Assembly: GCA_013265495.1 (NCBI GenBank)
Contig: MU058645.1
Coordinates: forward strand, 558,001-620,000
Reading direction: 5' to 3'
Origin: Vicugna vicugna
Taxonomy: Eukaryota
Length of the DNA stretch: 62,000 bases
Every line of letters begins with the position of its first letter. The stretch's first letter is position 1. The notes under the pieces were generated by a model that worked only from the letters and a program-made list of their open reading frames with translations, was not told the DNA's origin and searched no databases. The translations under genes were made by a program, and so were the position numbers. Positions 50,195 through 62,000 of the stretch are shown here, piece by piece.

Positions 50195-50399
50195 TGTTGA
50201 TTTTTAAACAGAACTCAGAATTATCACTGTGTTCTCAAAGACCCTGCATGATCTAGCTCTACCTTTTTCTCTAAGGTAACTCTCTCAGTAGAGGGCCATA
50301 GAGGAGAGATGTCCAACTCATTGCAGCGTTTCAGACAGCAAACGACATCAATGCTAAAACTGAGCACTGGTGAGTAAACTTTCATCAAACAGCTTCTCC

Positions 50400-50720
50400 A
50401 CATCCCAGTTAGTGTTTTCCCTCTGCATCCTCTGTTCTCTGGAGGTGAGTTGAAGTCCGCTCCACACACAAGGGACGAGGAATTAAGTCCAGCCTCCTGG
50501 AGGGAGGGAATCTATGCATATGTTGTTTAATTCTTCTGTAAGAAATATTTGTCGCTTTCCATTTATTTTTATTTATTTCTTTTTAAGAAGTATGGACTCG
50601 TGTATATTTATGTTATTATTTGGATATTATCTAAAACTTTAAAAAATGTTGTTATTCAGATTATACCAGCTTTGGCCATTGGAAGCTGTTTCAAGTTGTT
50701 TTTGCCCATTTTAGTTGGAT
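50400..50720 (-). mobile_element. Old L1MC-type 3' UTR fragment
   Basis: tatggactcgtgtatattt...cagattataccagctttggccattggaagctgtttca. Confidence 0.65.
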
Positions 50721-50869
50721 TATCTGTCTTATCTTATAAGTCTTTTTTCTGGCAGAGGTAACATAAATATATACTCCCTGTCTATGACTTGTCCCTTTTC
50801 ACATTCTTAATGATGTATTTAATCACTAAAAACTTTTAATTTTAATTAATCCCAATGTATACACCTACT

Positions 50870-51930
50870 TAAGGTTTTTATTAAAAGTCCAAAAAGTAGG
50901 AATAGAAGAAAACTTCTGCAATAAACTAAAGGATATCTACAAAGAAAATCACAGTTTTCATACTTGGTAATTAAATATTGAAAGCCTCCTACTGGAGTCA
51001 AGAATGAGAAAAGGGCGTCCACCATCACCACTTACATTGAACATTGCACTGCGTCCTGGCCAGTAGAAAAAGAAAGTAGTATCATAGTTGGAAAAAAAAC
51101 TATCATTATTCACAGATGATGTGTTTATGCCTGGAGAAAGCTAAAAGAATCTACAAAAATTTAATAAAAATAAAAACTGCATACAACAATGCTGATGAAT
51201 AGAATTTCAATATGTAAAAATCAACTTTATTTCTATATAGTAATGACAAAAGCAGAAAATTAAATTTTAAACACCATTTACAATAGAACAAAAATAATTT
51301 TAAAAAATTCATGACATCTGACCTGAACACTTAAAAATATAACTAAGAGACATGAAAGATGGTCTAAATAAATGGAGGGATCTACCATGTTCATGGATTG
51401 GATATATTAACGTTGTTTTAAAAAAAAAAAACCCAATTCTTGCATTGATTCAAAGATTCAATGAAACCCTGATCAAAATCCCAGAAGGCTTCTCTTGTAG
51501 AGGTTGCGAAGCTAATTTTAAAATTTCTATGTAAATAGGAAGGAGTTATGCTAAGCCAACGCTCAACTCATAAAGAATAAAGCTGGAGAACATATAACTC
51601 TGATATCAGCACAGTGTGGTCCTGGAAACATAGAGAAGGTAACAGACGAGAGAATGCAAAAGAGCCCCAAACTGACACAGTTCTCTGATTTATGACAAAG
51701 GATCCATCATAATCCATTACAAAAGGGATCATCTTATCAGGTAATAATAATCCATTAATTTGACATGAAAAAAATCTTGATCTCCTCACCTTATACAAAA
51801 CTAATTTAAGAAAAATGAGGATCTAAATAGAAAAGCTAAAACAAAAACGTTTCTAAAAGAAAACAGAATATCATCATGATTTGAAAAAAGAATTGTTTTC
51901 TTAAACAGTACTCCCAAAGTACTAACCATG
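50870..51930 (+). mobile_element. Old L1M ORF2 remnant
   Basis: ORF 51352-51534 KDGLNKWRDLPCSWIG...RFNETLIKIP is ORF2p-like. Confidence 0.85.
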
Positions 51931-54900
51931 AAATTAATATATTTTTCTTTTTTTTTCTGAAAAATTTATTTCTAAGAACACTTTTCCTTTCATATCTGAA
52001 TGTTTTCCTAAATTTCCTTAATGGTGTATTGTGCATTTGTTTCTGGCAATTCTTTTTCCATTTGCTTAGAACTCAACTTTTTACTTAAAACACAAAATGA
52101 AGTTTGACTAATTATTACATAATATCCCTTTCACCACTAGAACACTATCATTCCAATATATTGAGGAAGATCAATTTTTTAAATAATTTTTTTAAATACA
52201 AGATTACAAAATGATACTTAGATGGCAGTTTCAGTTATAAGATCCTGCATGATTCTGAATGACTAAAAGCCACTCTGCATAGAAGCCATACTTGTCAACT
52301 GCCAGCAGACTTCCCAGCTACCAGGCAAAGGACAATTTTTGCTGCATATTCCTGTTCCCTGCGAGATGTTCCCAAGATCAAGACAGCAGTGCAGCCACTG
52401 AAATTCCCAGCTGCAGCCCAGCAATGGAACAAAACAGTCCAACCTAAGTTATGTTTAGTTCAGAGCCCCAGTGTAAACACTTACGGGTCTGTAATCATCG
52501 CCATTTGAAGAGTTAAAGCACTTCACCTAAATGGCTCCTCCCTTTTGTCCCCATAAGTAATTGACTGAAAATAATTGGAAAAATGCTTTTAAGACTTAGT
52601 AAGGTGACTATACAAAAAGCAATCCTAAAAATTGTATTATGTATGATTATATATAAATAACAGAATTTGCATGATACACATATATTCTCAGCAGTTTATA
52701 TCTTTATAAAGCTATATATAAAAATAGAGATGTAGAAGGCAGAAATTTACTTAATTTTGCTCCTTGGCATTTGAATACAGCCAATGAAACAGCACTGCAC
52801 TGGAGGATTCAGGTGTGACGTGATCCTCAGTGTTACATAAACTACAAAACTCTGAAGTCTTCATTTTTATACACATGTTTTCATGAGAGTGTGCAAGGGT
52901 TTTAAAGGAAGCAGACAATTTAATGGGTTTGGAAAAGATATTGGGGGAGTAGCCATATTTAGAAAAAAATTTAAATAGTATTCATTGATTAGTTCTAATT
53001 TTAAAGCAATACGTGTTCAATGAAGACAATTTAAAAAAATATAGGACCGTGAAGAAGCAACTGTCATTCTATTCTCCAGAGATAATCACTACTGGTATAT
53101 TATATACCTTCCAATTTTTGTTTCTTTAGGCATGATTTTAAATTAAAAGATAAAAATTATTCTAATATGAAATTTGGTGAGTAAAAAATAGGCATGTTAA
53201 GTCTCTTTGAAAAAAATAGAAAAAGGAGAATTAGGGGCAATCTGTAAGACTCCATTCAGGGATCAACTGAATAGTATTATAAACCATTTTCATTTTCCAT
53301 AAAAGAAAACAGCTCATTTATTACATGTAGTTTGGAACTCATTTGCATTTAAAATCACAAAGTGAAGTAAAACAAATTATTCAAACTCATTTCTTAAGAA
53401 TTGCTTCAAGATGAGGCTATCAAACCTTTTCAACGGAAAAACAAAACCAAACAGAACAAGTGATCCCTTGTGCTGTGAGGGCGACCTGGAACATCGCCTC
53501 TTTGTCATCTGACATCTTTGTGGCCCATTCACTGCTCCTCTGCTCTTTCAAAGGGTTCTATCTGTGTGAGATCCCAACTCCTGCTCTGGGTCTCCAGCCA
53601 CGAGACCCCAGAATCCACCTAGGGGCTCCTTAAGGTCTTTCTGAGAGATGAACACACTTACTTCCCCACTCCACTGGGATCCAGAGTTGAATCACCCTAC
53701 ACACTCAGCTAGTGTCTACCATGTTTGTCAGAGCCATCTGGGCTCATCAGAAGGTTCAGTTCAAGTTCACCACCCCCATCCCTACCTTATAAGCTCTAAT
53801 CTGAAAAGGAGAAGCCAATAGTCCTTAACTGACCCAATACCTCCATGTGTCCCAGGAACCTCCCCAAACCAGTATTCTTCACAGTAGCCACAACACAACC
53901 CTTCAGGCCCAAGTTGTCCAGTTCTCACAGTCTCGGGTTCCATACATCAATGCAGGATGGCATTTTTGAATACATAAGTCAAGGTACCTTTTTCTTTCTT
54001 CAATGATAATTTCACACATGCTAATTTCAAACAGTTGCCTTCCCACTGAAGAAAGAGGACAACCACAACTTTGTCTCAGCCCATGGCTGCATCCTCCCCT
54101 GAGCTCATGCGTCATCCTTTTTTTTTCCATTTTCACCTTTAATGACACCAGCCTCACTGCTGCCTTATAATTCAGTCACTGAGGTAATGTCAGCAAATGG
54201 ACCCCCAGTAAATGCTCTGTGAAACAGGACCCGCTTCTCCACTTTATTCAGTGCTTTATTTAAGAGTTGTGCTAGGACAGCATGTGGCAGAAATACCTAA
54301 TCAGGCTGTTCAGAGTATCAACTGTTTTAACTCATGTTCACCCCAGTCTCATTTCCACTGGCCAGAACTTCTGGTCTCTTGGGAGTGTGCCCAGTACCTT
54401 CCATCGATTCCACCTCTTCAAGAGGAGAGTTCCCCTATAGCAAGCGTCGGGTCCCATCTGCCACTGTTGGCCACCTTCATGATTTTGAAACAGCAGGGAA
54501 ATAGAGCATAAAAGCCCGGCAGCCTAAGTGAAGATAAAGCCCTTGGACTCGGCCCTCAGTTGGGCCTGTAACAGCTGATGATCCAAAAAAGTTTTTCTTT
54601 GCAGAATATGAACCATGATCTGCTGATGACACTTTGCATGACACATGTAATACACTGAAGATGTCTGCAGATTGCAAACACGGACATTGCCAGAACCCTC
54701 GAACTCCATCAAGAGATGTGACCAGAATGTGGGGGACCTAATCTTGGCTTGAGGCCTGGATCCCTGTCACTGTAACACCATGAGCAAATGTAACTAGAAT
54801 GGGAAATTTTGTCAGACATACTTAATTTCCCCGAGGATAACAGATGACTTACAGTGGCACCAGCCCAAGACTCCCAGGGTCCTCAGAGACTGGTAGGCTG

Positions 54901-55164
54901 TATAGCATTTGATGACACCAATACTTTGGGCTCTGTGGATCGACACTATGACTCTCTCAATAAATTTTCCTTTCCTCCCTCTCAGCTACACTAGAAGAAG
55001 CTTTCAAAGGCCATGGTTTTAGATGTGTGCCATCTGGAGATGAGAAACTGTAGTTGCCACCGTCAGGAAAACAGGTCCCTCTTCTTAGGAGAGCCTGACA
55101 GTCAGTCGGCACAGGAAGGCAAAAATGAGAAGACAGAAGAACCCATGAGTTCTTGGTAAGACAC

Positions 55165-55640
55165 GTGCTTATTTTAATTCCAGTCTATTACAGAAGTGGT
55201 TTGAAGTGATTTACATTATTGTATTGGTAAATCATAGCAAAGTTTAAAAACTAAATATAGACTAAGATAAAGGAAAAACAGGAGTGGGGAAAAAAGTGAA
55301 GCCGACAGACTCGTGTCCTGAGTTCCTTTGCAGCGAAGGGTAGAGGGTAGGAGATTTGACTCTGAGCGGCCCAGCATACAAAGAACAAAGAAATGATTGC
55401 TTGAAACAAATGCAACATTTTTCTAATACTGGGGGGGTAAAGAAATTTGCATCTTAGTCCCTCGTAAAGAAGACTTTTGGAATTCACTGAACCATGTCCT
55501 CAAAGATATCTCTATAAGAAATGCAAAAATAGCTTGTCCATATTTCTTCTAAGACCCACCGATTCATGCCAATGGCATAACATAAAGGCACCATTTGATA
55601 AGAACCTGTCAACTATGAGCTGACACAATGCAATCTAGAT
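55165..55640. mobile_element. Possible ancient L4/RTE-X LINE remnant
   Basis: tattttaattccagtctattacagaagtggtttgaagtgatttaca resembles a recalled terminus; highly decayed. Confidence 0.3.
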
Positions 55641-56229
55641 ACTGATTATGCTTGTTGGAGCTGAGAGAAAAAAAGAAGTGTAGACTATCCAGAGGAATAA
55701 AGAGCCATTCAGCTCTAGCAAAGACCAGGTAGTATCATCACCTAACTAGCGCCTTTTATAATAAAGTCCTCAAAGCAGACAGACACATGAATACACACAC
55801 ACACAGAGGGTGACACTGCACAGGCTTAGGAGAGCATCCTTCAGATAAGAAAGCAGCTTCAAGTGTGCTGTCTGTTCAATAGGCTAACTTCTAAGATTTA
55901 AGAAGTTTACAAAGCAGAATAAGAAAAAATTTTAAAAAGGAAAGGTGTATGAGTCATTAGAAGACTAGAGAACCACTTAAACTCAATCGTTTTCATCTTT
56001 TAAGTAAAATAAAAATAATTATCTGTGAATGGCATTGCACATAGACCTTTATAAAAATACTCTTGGAGATAAATATTTGCGTCCTACATTTTATACAGTG
56101 GAGTTGAACTGCCACAATAGAACTGTTCTTAACCAACTTCCATTTAACTGACTCACGAGAAACCAAGGCTTTCAGTTTCACTGTAAAAACATCCTGATTG
56201 ATGTCTGTGGTGTATCTGAATGCTCGGGC

Positions 56230-56645
56230 TCTATTGTCATCTTTCCAATTGAGTTGTCTACTTCTAAAGACTTCATTGTGTGCACTCAGACCTGATTACA
56301 CTAGTTGAACCTGTAATTGCAATCACTTGAATAAATATTACAAAAATCAATAATATATGAGTGCAAAAAGAAAGACATTTCTGTGAAAACTGAATTGAAT
56401 ACTTTGGAAAGTACTACAAAGTTGAGTTGCTAAAAATAATTGTTCTCAGATAAAGCATGGGAAAAGCAACTGTAAAATATCAGGGGGAGGAAAAAAATCT
56501 TGAAGGCTTCTGTGCTCAGATTAGATCACTAATGTCTTGAATTTCCAACTCTCTTTAAGAAAACTGTAAGTGGGAAGTGTTAATAATGCATTATGATTGT
56601 AATTTATGCAAAAAAAAAAGTGTGGCGCCATCAGTGGCTCCGAAA
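56230..56645 (+). mobile_element. Tigger13a-like transposase N-terminal remnant
   Basis: atgagtgcaaaaagaaag...tctgtgctcagatt...aatgcattatgattgtaatttatgcaa...ccatcagtgg (MSAKRK...ALW.WFMQ...ISG, degenerate). Confidence 0.7.
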
Positions 56646-56823
56646 CCATGTATCTGCAAAACATCTCTTAGTTTGAGTTGTTCTTCAATGTTCTTTTCAT
56701 AATTTCCCACTTACAGTCTCTCCACAGTTGCCTCATATCTCTACTTGTCCTGCCTGCATCTTAAGGAACACGTTTCCTCAAAAGTTGAGATCACTACATA
56801 CTTCCAAGTGATTTGTCCGCAGA

Positions 56824-59172
56824 CAGGGCTGCTTCCTGGGTGTCAGTCAATACAGCTGCACAGCATCAAGTTCTGACAAGGGCCCTGTGATTGATTTGAT
56901 GCTCTGTTGCCTTAACTAGAAATAACCTTATTTTTGACCTTTAATTTTGCAAGCGAAGTCAAATGGTACAGAGGAGCCACGACCGTGGTCCGACAGCAAC
57001 CTGCGCACGCGCGGGATCAAGCCTGCGACAGAGCCCACGGCGCCTGCGCGGGCGGTGGACCAGGCACACAGGTACGTGTCCTGGAGCTGCCTGGGATGCT
57101 GTGGAGCCGCGAGGCGGCGGCCAGGGCAGGATCTTGGATCAGACTGGTGACAGAAGTGGCAGCTGCTGCCACAGCTGCGGAAGAGGAAGATGCTGCACAT
57201 GGGGGCAGTCCCAGAACAAGTGGTGGGGCCCGGGTGCCCATCTCTCTCTGGAGCTGGTCCCTGAGACAGCTGCATAGCCATCAGCTCTCCAGCCTGAATA
57301 CCTGAACGGGAACTACCAGCACCGAAGCAGCAAAATTTACCAGTAAATTACTAAAAAATAAAACCGTGTGCATGGGCATCACCATAATGCCGAACAGGAC
57401 GTTATCAGAATTCTTTAAAGAGTTCAGTCTCTCTGGTCTTGAAAGCCAGTGCAGCATTACAAAGCAAACATCCTCAGGCTTAGAAATAGAAATTGTATTT
57501 AAAGAACATCATATTCTATGGAAAAGAACACTACTTTCACATGAAGCTTCAGATAAAGTTATTAATAAGACAAATCTTTCTTCCTTATAATTGAAGCTAT
57601 AGTAATAAAATGCTTAAACAACCCTTTTGAATTATATACAAATCATGAAGTCAGTTTCTTCTAAAACTCCCACAAATTTGAGAAAATATCAGAGGAAAGA
57701 TTAAAATGGCATTTTATATATTTGTACTTAAATTCAGATTTGCACAAAACGGATTTGTATGAAAAGTGAAATCTTTTTAGAAAACTTGTTTGGTGAGAAT
57801 CATCAATTCTAAATATTCTGAAATTTATATTTTGGGATGATTTATCAGAAATACATTCCAATGTTGTCCCAGCTAACAGGTGCATCCACGGAAAGATCCC
57901 ACTCAAATTTTTTTTTAAAAATCAAAAATTATCTGTGACCTGGCATTTGCCATGAGCAACTGATGTCACTTTCAGTTATAGGAATACCTTACAGGTATTT
58001 CGAGGTTGGTTCCAGACCACCACAGTAAAGTGAGTATCTCAGTAAAGTGATCGTAAACACAAACGCTTAGGTTTCTTGGTGCATATAAAAGTGATGTTTC
58101 CACTACACTGTAGTCTAATGAGTGTGCAAAATCATTAGATCTAAAAAAAAAAGTGCATACCTTACTTAAAAATACTTTAATATTTATTTAAATATTTAAG
58201 TATTAAATATAAAGTATTTAATAAAAAATACTTTATTGCTAAAAAGTGCTGACCCTCATCTCAGCCTTCAGCAAGTTGTAATCTTTTTGCTGGTGGAGGG
58301 TCTTGCCTCGGGGTTGATGGCTCCTGACTGATCAGGGTGATGGTCGCTGAAAGTTGGGACGACTGTGGTGATTTGTTACAATAAGACAACAATGAATTAT
58401 GCGGCATCAATTGACTCCCGCGTTCACTTGAACACTTAGAGGTCATTGTAGGGTTATTAACTGACCGAGGTTCGTTATTCTTGTGTTTCAGGGAACAGGG
58501 AAGCCCAGGGAGAGGGAGAGAGATGAGGAAATGGCTGGTCAGTGGAGCAGTGAAAACACACATTTATGGATTAAGTTCACTGTCTTATCTGGGCAGAATT
58601 CCAGCAGTAACACTGAAGATCACTGATCACAGATCACCATAGCAAGTATAATAATGAAAAAGCTTGAATATTGTGAGAATTAACAAACTGTGACACAGTG
58701 ACATGAAGTGAGCAAGTGCTATTGGAAGAATGGTGCTGATGGACTTGCCTGACCTTCAACCAACCTTCATCTGCAACCAACCTTCAGTTTATACAAAACA
58801 CAACATCTGTGAAGTTTAGCAAAACAAGGTATACCTGCAAATCAATTGAAAATAAAGTCACAATGGTCTGATGAATGACTTCCCAGTAAAATGAGCTAGG
58901 AAAATCATATGATCAATCAATAGGCCACATTAATAAAGTTTTATTTACTGTATTGCATAAAATTATAATACCAAAAATATAAATTTTTCAAATTTGGAAG
59001 TCTGTGCTGTTACACATGCATCACTGTTATCCCAGTTATAAGTACTGAAATATTTTAAACAGAAGAATTTATGTTTTAGTAACTTTAATGTCATTTTTCC
59101 CCTGTGTTTTGAACAAGAAGCTTTAACATCTTTATTTTTTATTGGGCCTTCTAATTCATGTACCTGGACCTA
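56824..59172 (+). mobile_element. Zaphod-like hAT-Tip100 transposon with both termini and a transposase C-terminal remnant
   Basis: Ends cagggctgcttcctggg and catgtacctggaccta. Degenerate hAT dimerization domain (ASTERS..LKIKNYL...EQLMSLSVI | SIENK...MNDFPVK*ARKII) at 57330-58912. Decayed 8-bp TSD tccgcaga / cccataga. Confidence 0.8.
57979..58837 (-). mobile_element. Internally deleted Tigger1 nested in the Zaphod transposase
   Basis: Termini taggaatacct...ggttccagaccacc and aaaacaaggtatacctg; internal gtaatctttttgctggtggagggtcttgcctcg; TA/CA target site. Confidence 0.9.
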
Positions 59173-60649
59173 CCCATAGATTTGCTTTTTTGGATTTCTT
59201 AATACTAGCTGAGCTCTCTCGGCAAGAGTTTCTCTCCAAAAAAATAAACTGGCTTATTAGTAACATTTTACCAGTTTTATTAGAAAGATATGTTAGTGCT
59301 CTTAGTACCTCTTCAGAAATGGAGGAACTTTTGTTTTAAATAATGGACTTTTTTTCAAAAGCTCCTCATTTCTTAAAGACTATGAACCTTTCTTGGAAAG
59401 TGTCCATTGTTTCAGGTGAGGAGAGGAGCTGTGTATTACTGATATAAAGACCTTTAGGAAGAAAGCTTTTTAAAAAACTTTGCATCCTGAAAGAATTCTT
59501 TCGATTCCTTTGGGAAAAAGAAAATTAGTCAAAGTGCTTATTGAGTCCATCAGAATTTTCCCAAGTATTGAGCCTTTTGTCTACATCTTAACCTGTAAGA
59601 AGTACTCCTTTGTTAGAGCCCAAAAGAAAAGTGTTAATCCGATAAAGAAGCTAAAAATACTCGGCCCTGTCAGCTTCCCCAGGGCCTCTTAAAAAATGGT
59701 GACTGACAGGGTGAACAGCTAATTTCATATAGAAAAAATGTGAAACACGAAGTTAGCGCACGCTTGCTTAGGCTTTGAGGCCACGGGCAGCAAGAAACGC
59801 AGCATCTCTCGGGCAGCCTCCAGCTCCCACGCTGCCCAGCTCAGGACAGGAAGCACCTTCTTCCTGCCTTTCCCGGGATGGCGCTGCCTCAGAAGTGGCA
59901 GCCTCTGCAAGACACCCTTCCCGTGTGATGGATAGCCAGGTGCTTCCCTGCCCCATTCTTGCTCCCTGTTGGAAAGGTTTTCATTCTCCAGCCTGACCGT
60001 AAAAAAATAAATTTCCAGACCTTTCACTGCTACCAAAGTGACCACAGGAAAACAAATACTGTTTTTTTAAAAATCCCCGCTTACCTGGAGGACCTAGTTG
60101 TTTTCTTGATAGCAGGTCAACTTTATTCTTGATCTAGCCTTTTGCTCTTAAGGAAATAAAACCCTTTACAGGAGTCTATTGGAGAGGCTTTTGACCTAAA
60201 AACTCGTTTCTGAGGCTTCAAGTGTAACAGCTGTCAGATGAACCCATTCATTTCACGTATTCAGTGATTGTACATTCTCACCAGATCCGCTGGAGAGTCT
60301 TCTCACCCCATCCCAGGGGAAGCGACTTCCACGTCTCCTCTTTTAACTATCGTTTGTTATTAACTGTTGTTTTAGAGCTTAAAATGCCCGGGATTCTGAA
60401 TGGCATCCTGTTCTCTGGGACTTTAAATCTTAAAGTGATCTTTTAGCACAAAAATGTCATTATCTGAGTTATTAGCCTTTGTGAGTTTCTATCTTAAAGC
60501 ACTTCTAGGAACGAAGCCCCAGTATCCGCGTCCTCGGGCAGCCTCTTACCCGCCGCCCAAACTCAGCCCTATCAGGACGCGTTTCTGCAAATGATACAAG
60601 TAAGCGGACTTTTTTCTGTGGAACTGGTTTCAAAAATCTACTATTTACA

Positions 60650-60800
60650 ATAATATAATAATTTAATGTCATAGTATTATTAAATGAGTATTTTCAGCCC
60701 CATATTAAGATAAGCAAATTGAGGCACGGAGAAATTGCATAATTCGTTTCAAATCACAAAGTGAGAGTCAGAGTCTGACACACGTGTATGCCCCTATATT
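60650..60800. mobile_element. MIR remnant
   Basis: cccatattaagataagcaaattgaggcacggagaaatt...atcacaaagtgag. Confidence 0.65.
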
Positions 60801-61220
60801 GCTGCATCTCCACTGTCTTTCTGGATAATAATAAGCATATTACATAATACAGTATGATTAGCAGGAATGACTAATCTTCATATGGAAAACTACAACATTA
60901 GATTAATATAAATAGAAGTTCTTTCTGTTTGTATTATGTAAAGTGGTTATTTGAACAGTAGGGTTGGGAATATGGGTTCTAAGCCCTTATCCAGGGCTTT
61001 TGTATCCTATATGCTGTCTTCTGTACTTGAAAGAAAGTGAAATATTTGATACAAGAACATGAGATGACTTGAGAAACACATGAAATACTTGAAGAAAACA
61101 ATGGTTGTATTGATTCTTCCAATCCAACAGCATTAAAAAAAAAAAAAACAATGGTTGGTTGAAACTTCTGGTATTTTTCAAATTTTCAAATCACCTGCAG
61201 AGCTTTTCAATAGTTCACCC

Positions 61221-61455
61221 TTTTTTTTTTAAAAAGTCTTTATTGTGGTATTGCTCCTGTAGAGTAAACTGCACATATTTCAGGTGTACAATTTGATGGA
61301 TTTTGATAGATGTATACATCAGTGAAACCACTACCACGTCAAGACAGCTAACATTTTCATCACTCCCCAGGAGGTGCAATATTCAAATTTCCAATTTGTC
61401 CCTTCCCGCTGCCCGTCCTCCCTGCTGACCGTAAGTTTGTTCTCTGTGTCTGAGT
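61221..61455 (-). mobile_element. L1MB-like 3' end inserted into a MER5-like element (61150-61568)
   Basis: ctttattgtggtatt...aaactgcacatatttcaggtgtacaatttgatggattttga. Flanks aatcacctgcagagcttttcaa and ggtggtccatgggacacaccttgacaaagac are MER5-like. Confidence 0.75.
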
Positions 61456-61833
61456 CATTCGCCTTTCTTATTCCCACTTCTGAGGTAGGCCTGCAGTCTT
61501 AAAAAGCCCTGGGAGGTAATCCTGTTGGAGGTGGTCCATGGGACACACCTTGACAAAGACCAATCTAGAAAGTGGGTTAAGGAGGCTGAACAGAGCAGAA
61601 GTGATCATGAAAATACGGCAGCAAAGAGCTCCCAACTTTCAGAACCCAAATAAAACCTAGTCTCAAATCTCCGCTGGAAGCCACAGGGAGTAAAAACTGC
61701 ATTATCGCAATCTTCCTGTGAACAACAAATAAGCTGTGTAAACAAATAGGCCTGCTTTTAAGGTTTCGATTTTCCATTCATAACTGGAAGATAATCCTCA
61801 CGTAACTAATGCTCTGAATGTCAGGTTCTTTAC

Positions 61834-61866
61834 CTTGATGAGTTTTTCCCGATCACCACTCTTGGC
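61834..61866 (-). other. Candidate 33-nt exon (AKSGDREKLIK or PRVVIGKNSS) of an unidentified minus-strand transcript entering from the right
   Basis: ttgtttcctcctgtcttag|GCCAAG...ATCAAG|gtaaag; length is a multiple of 3. Confidence 0.4.
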
Positions 61867-62000
61867 CTAAGACAGGAGGAAACAATCCCAGGCAGAGCTG
61901 CCGTTTGTTTTCTACCAGCTATGACCACGCCATGGATTGAGCACTGTTAGGTGGTAGCCTCCAGTCTGAGCATTCGAAGTGCGTTCCTTTATTTAATCTT

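Noticed and set aside
53897..54021. Exon-like minus-strand stretch (MCEIIIEERKRYLDL..)
   Set aside because: Poor pyrimidine tract and weak donors; cannot be supported.
54477..54740. Two overlapping open minus-strand frames (62-66 aa)
   Set aside because: No convincing splice sites, no recognisable family and no phase link to the exon chain.
58920..59170. Apparent 3' UTR with AATAAA on both strands
   Set aside because: It follows the hAT transposase stop and ends in the Zaphod/MER91-type terminus, so it is transposon sequence.
59142..59415. Protein-looking plus-strand ORF (..FLSKKINWLISNILPVLLERY..) with a downstream donor
   Set aside because: It begins inside the transposon terminus with a non-ATG start, has no acceptor and matches nothing I recognise.
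1..62000. Naming the flanking genes, or CRISPR/prokaryotic systems
   Set aside because: No recognisable coding exon is available to anchor the locus. The DNA is mammalian and has no repeat-spacer arrays or operons.

Overview
Mammalian genomic DNA, most likely camelid (alpaca or camel), judged from a tRNA-derived Vic-1-type SINE and cetartiodactyl-style L1 3' UTRs. I can find no intact protein-coding gene that I recognise. Nearly all ORFs in the supplied track are GC-rich noise or transposon remnants. The window has a CpG-island promoter at about 3.0-3.8 kb (probably the 5' end of a minus-strand gene running off the left edge), further CpG-rich regulatory patches (7.6-8.3, 16.7-17.6, 26.5-26.9, 35.6-35.8 and 57.0-57.1 kb), CTCF-like motifs in convergent orientation, and many old and young repeats (L1, L2, CR1/L3, MIR, MaLR/MLT2 LTRs, Tigger, MER44, MER5, MER91, Zaphod). 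The main signal not explained by repeats is a chain of 8-9 minus-strand exon relics between 45657 and 21082. Their splice phases match, and together they reconstruct an unrecognised single-pass membrane protein (signal-like segment, short ectodomain, TM helix, Cys cluster, Tyr-motif tail). It is disabled by stops, frameshifts and an AG>AT acceptor mutation, so it is a candidate unprocessed, possibly unitary, pseudogene. All repeat family names come from recalled consensus sequences and were not checked by a database search.
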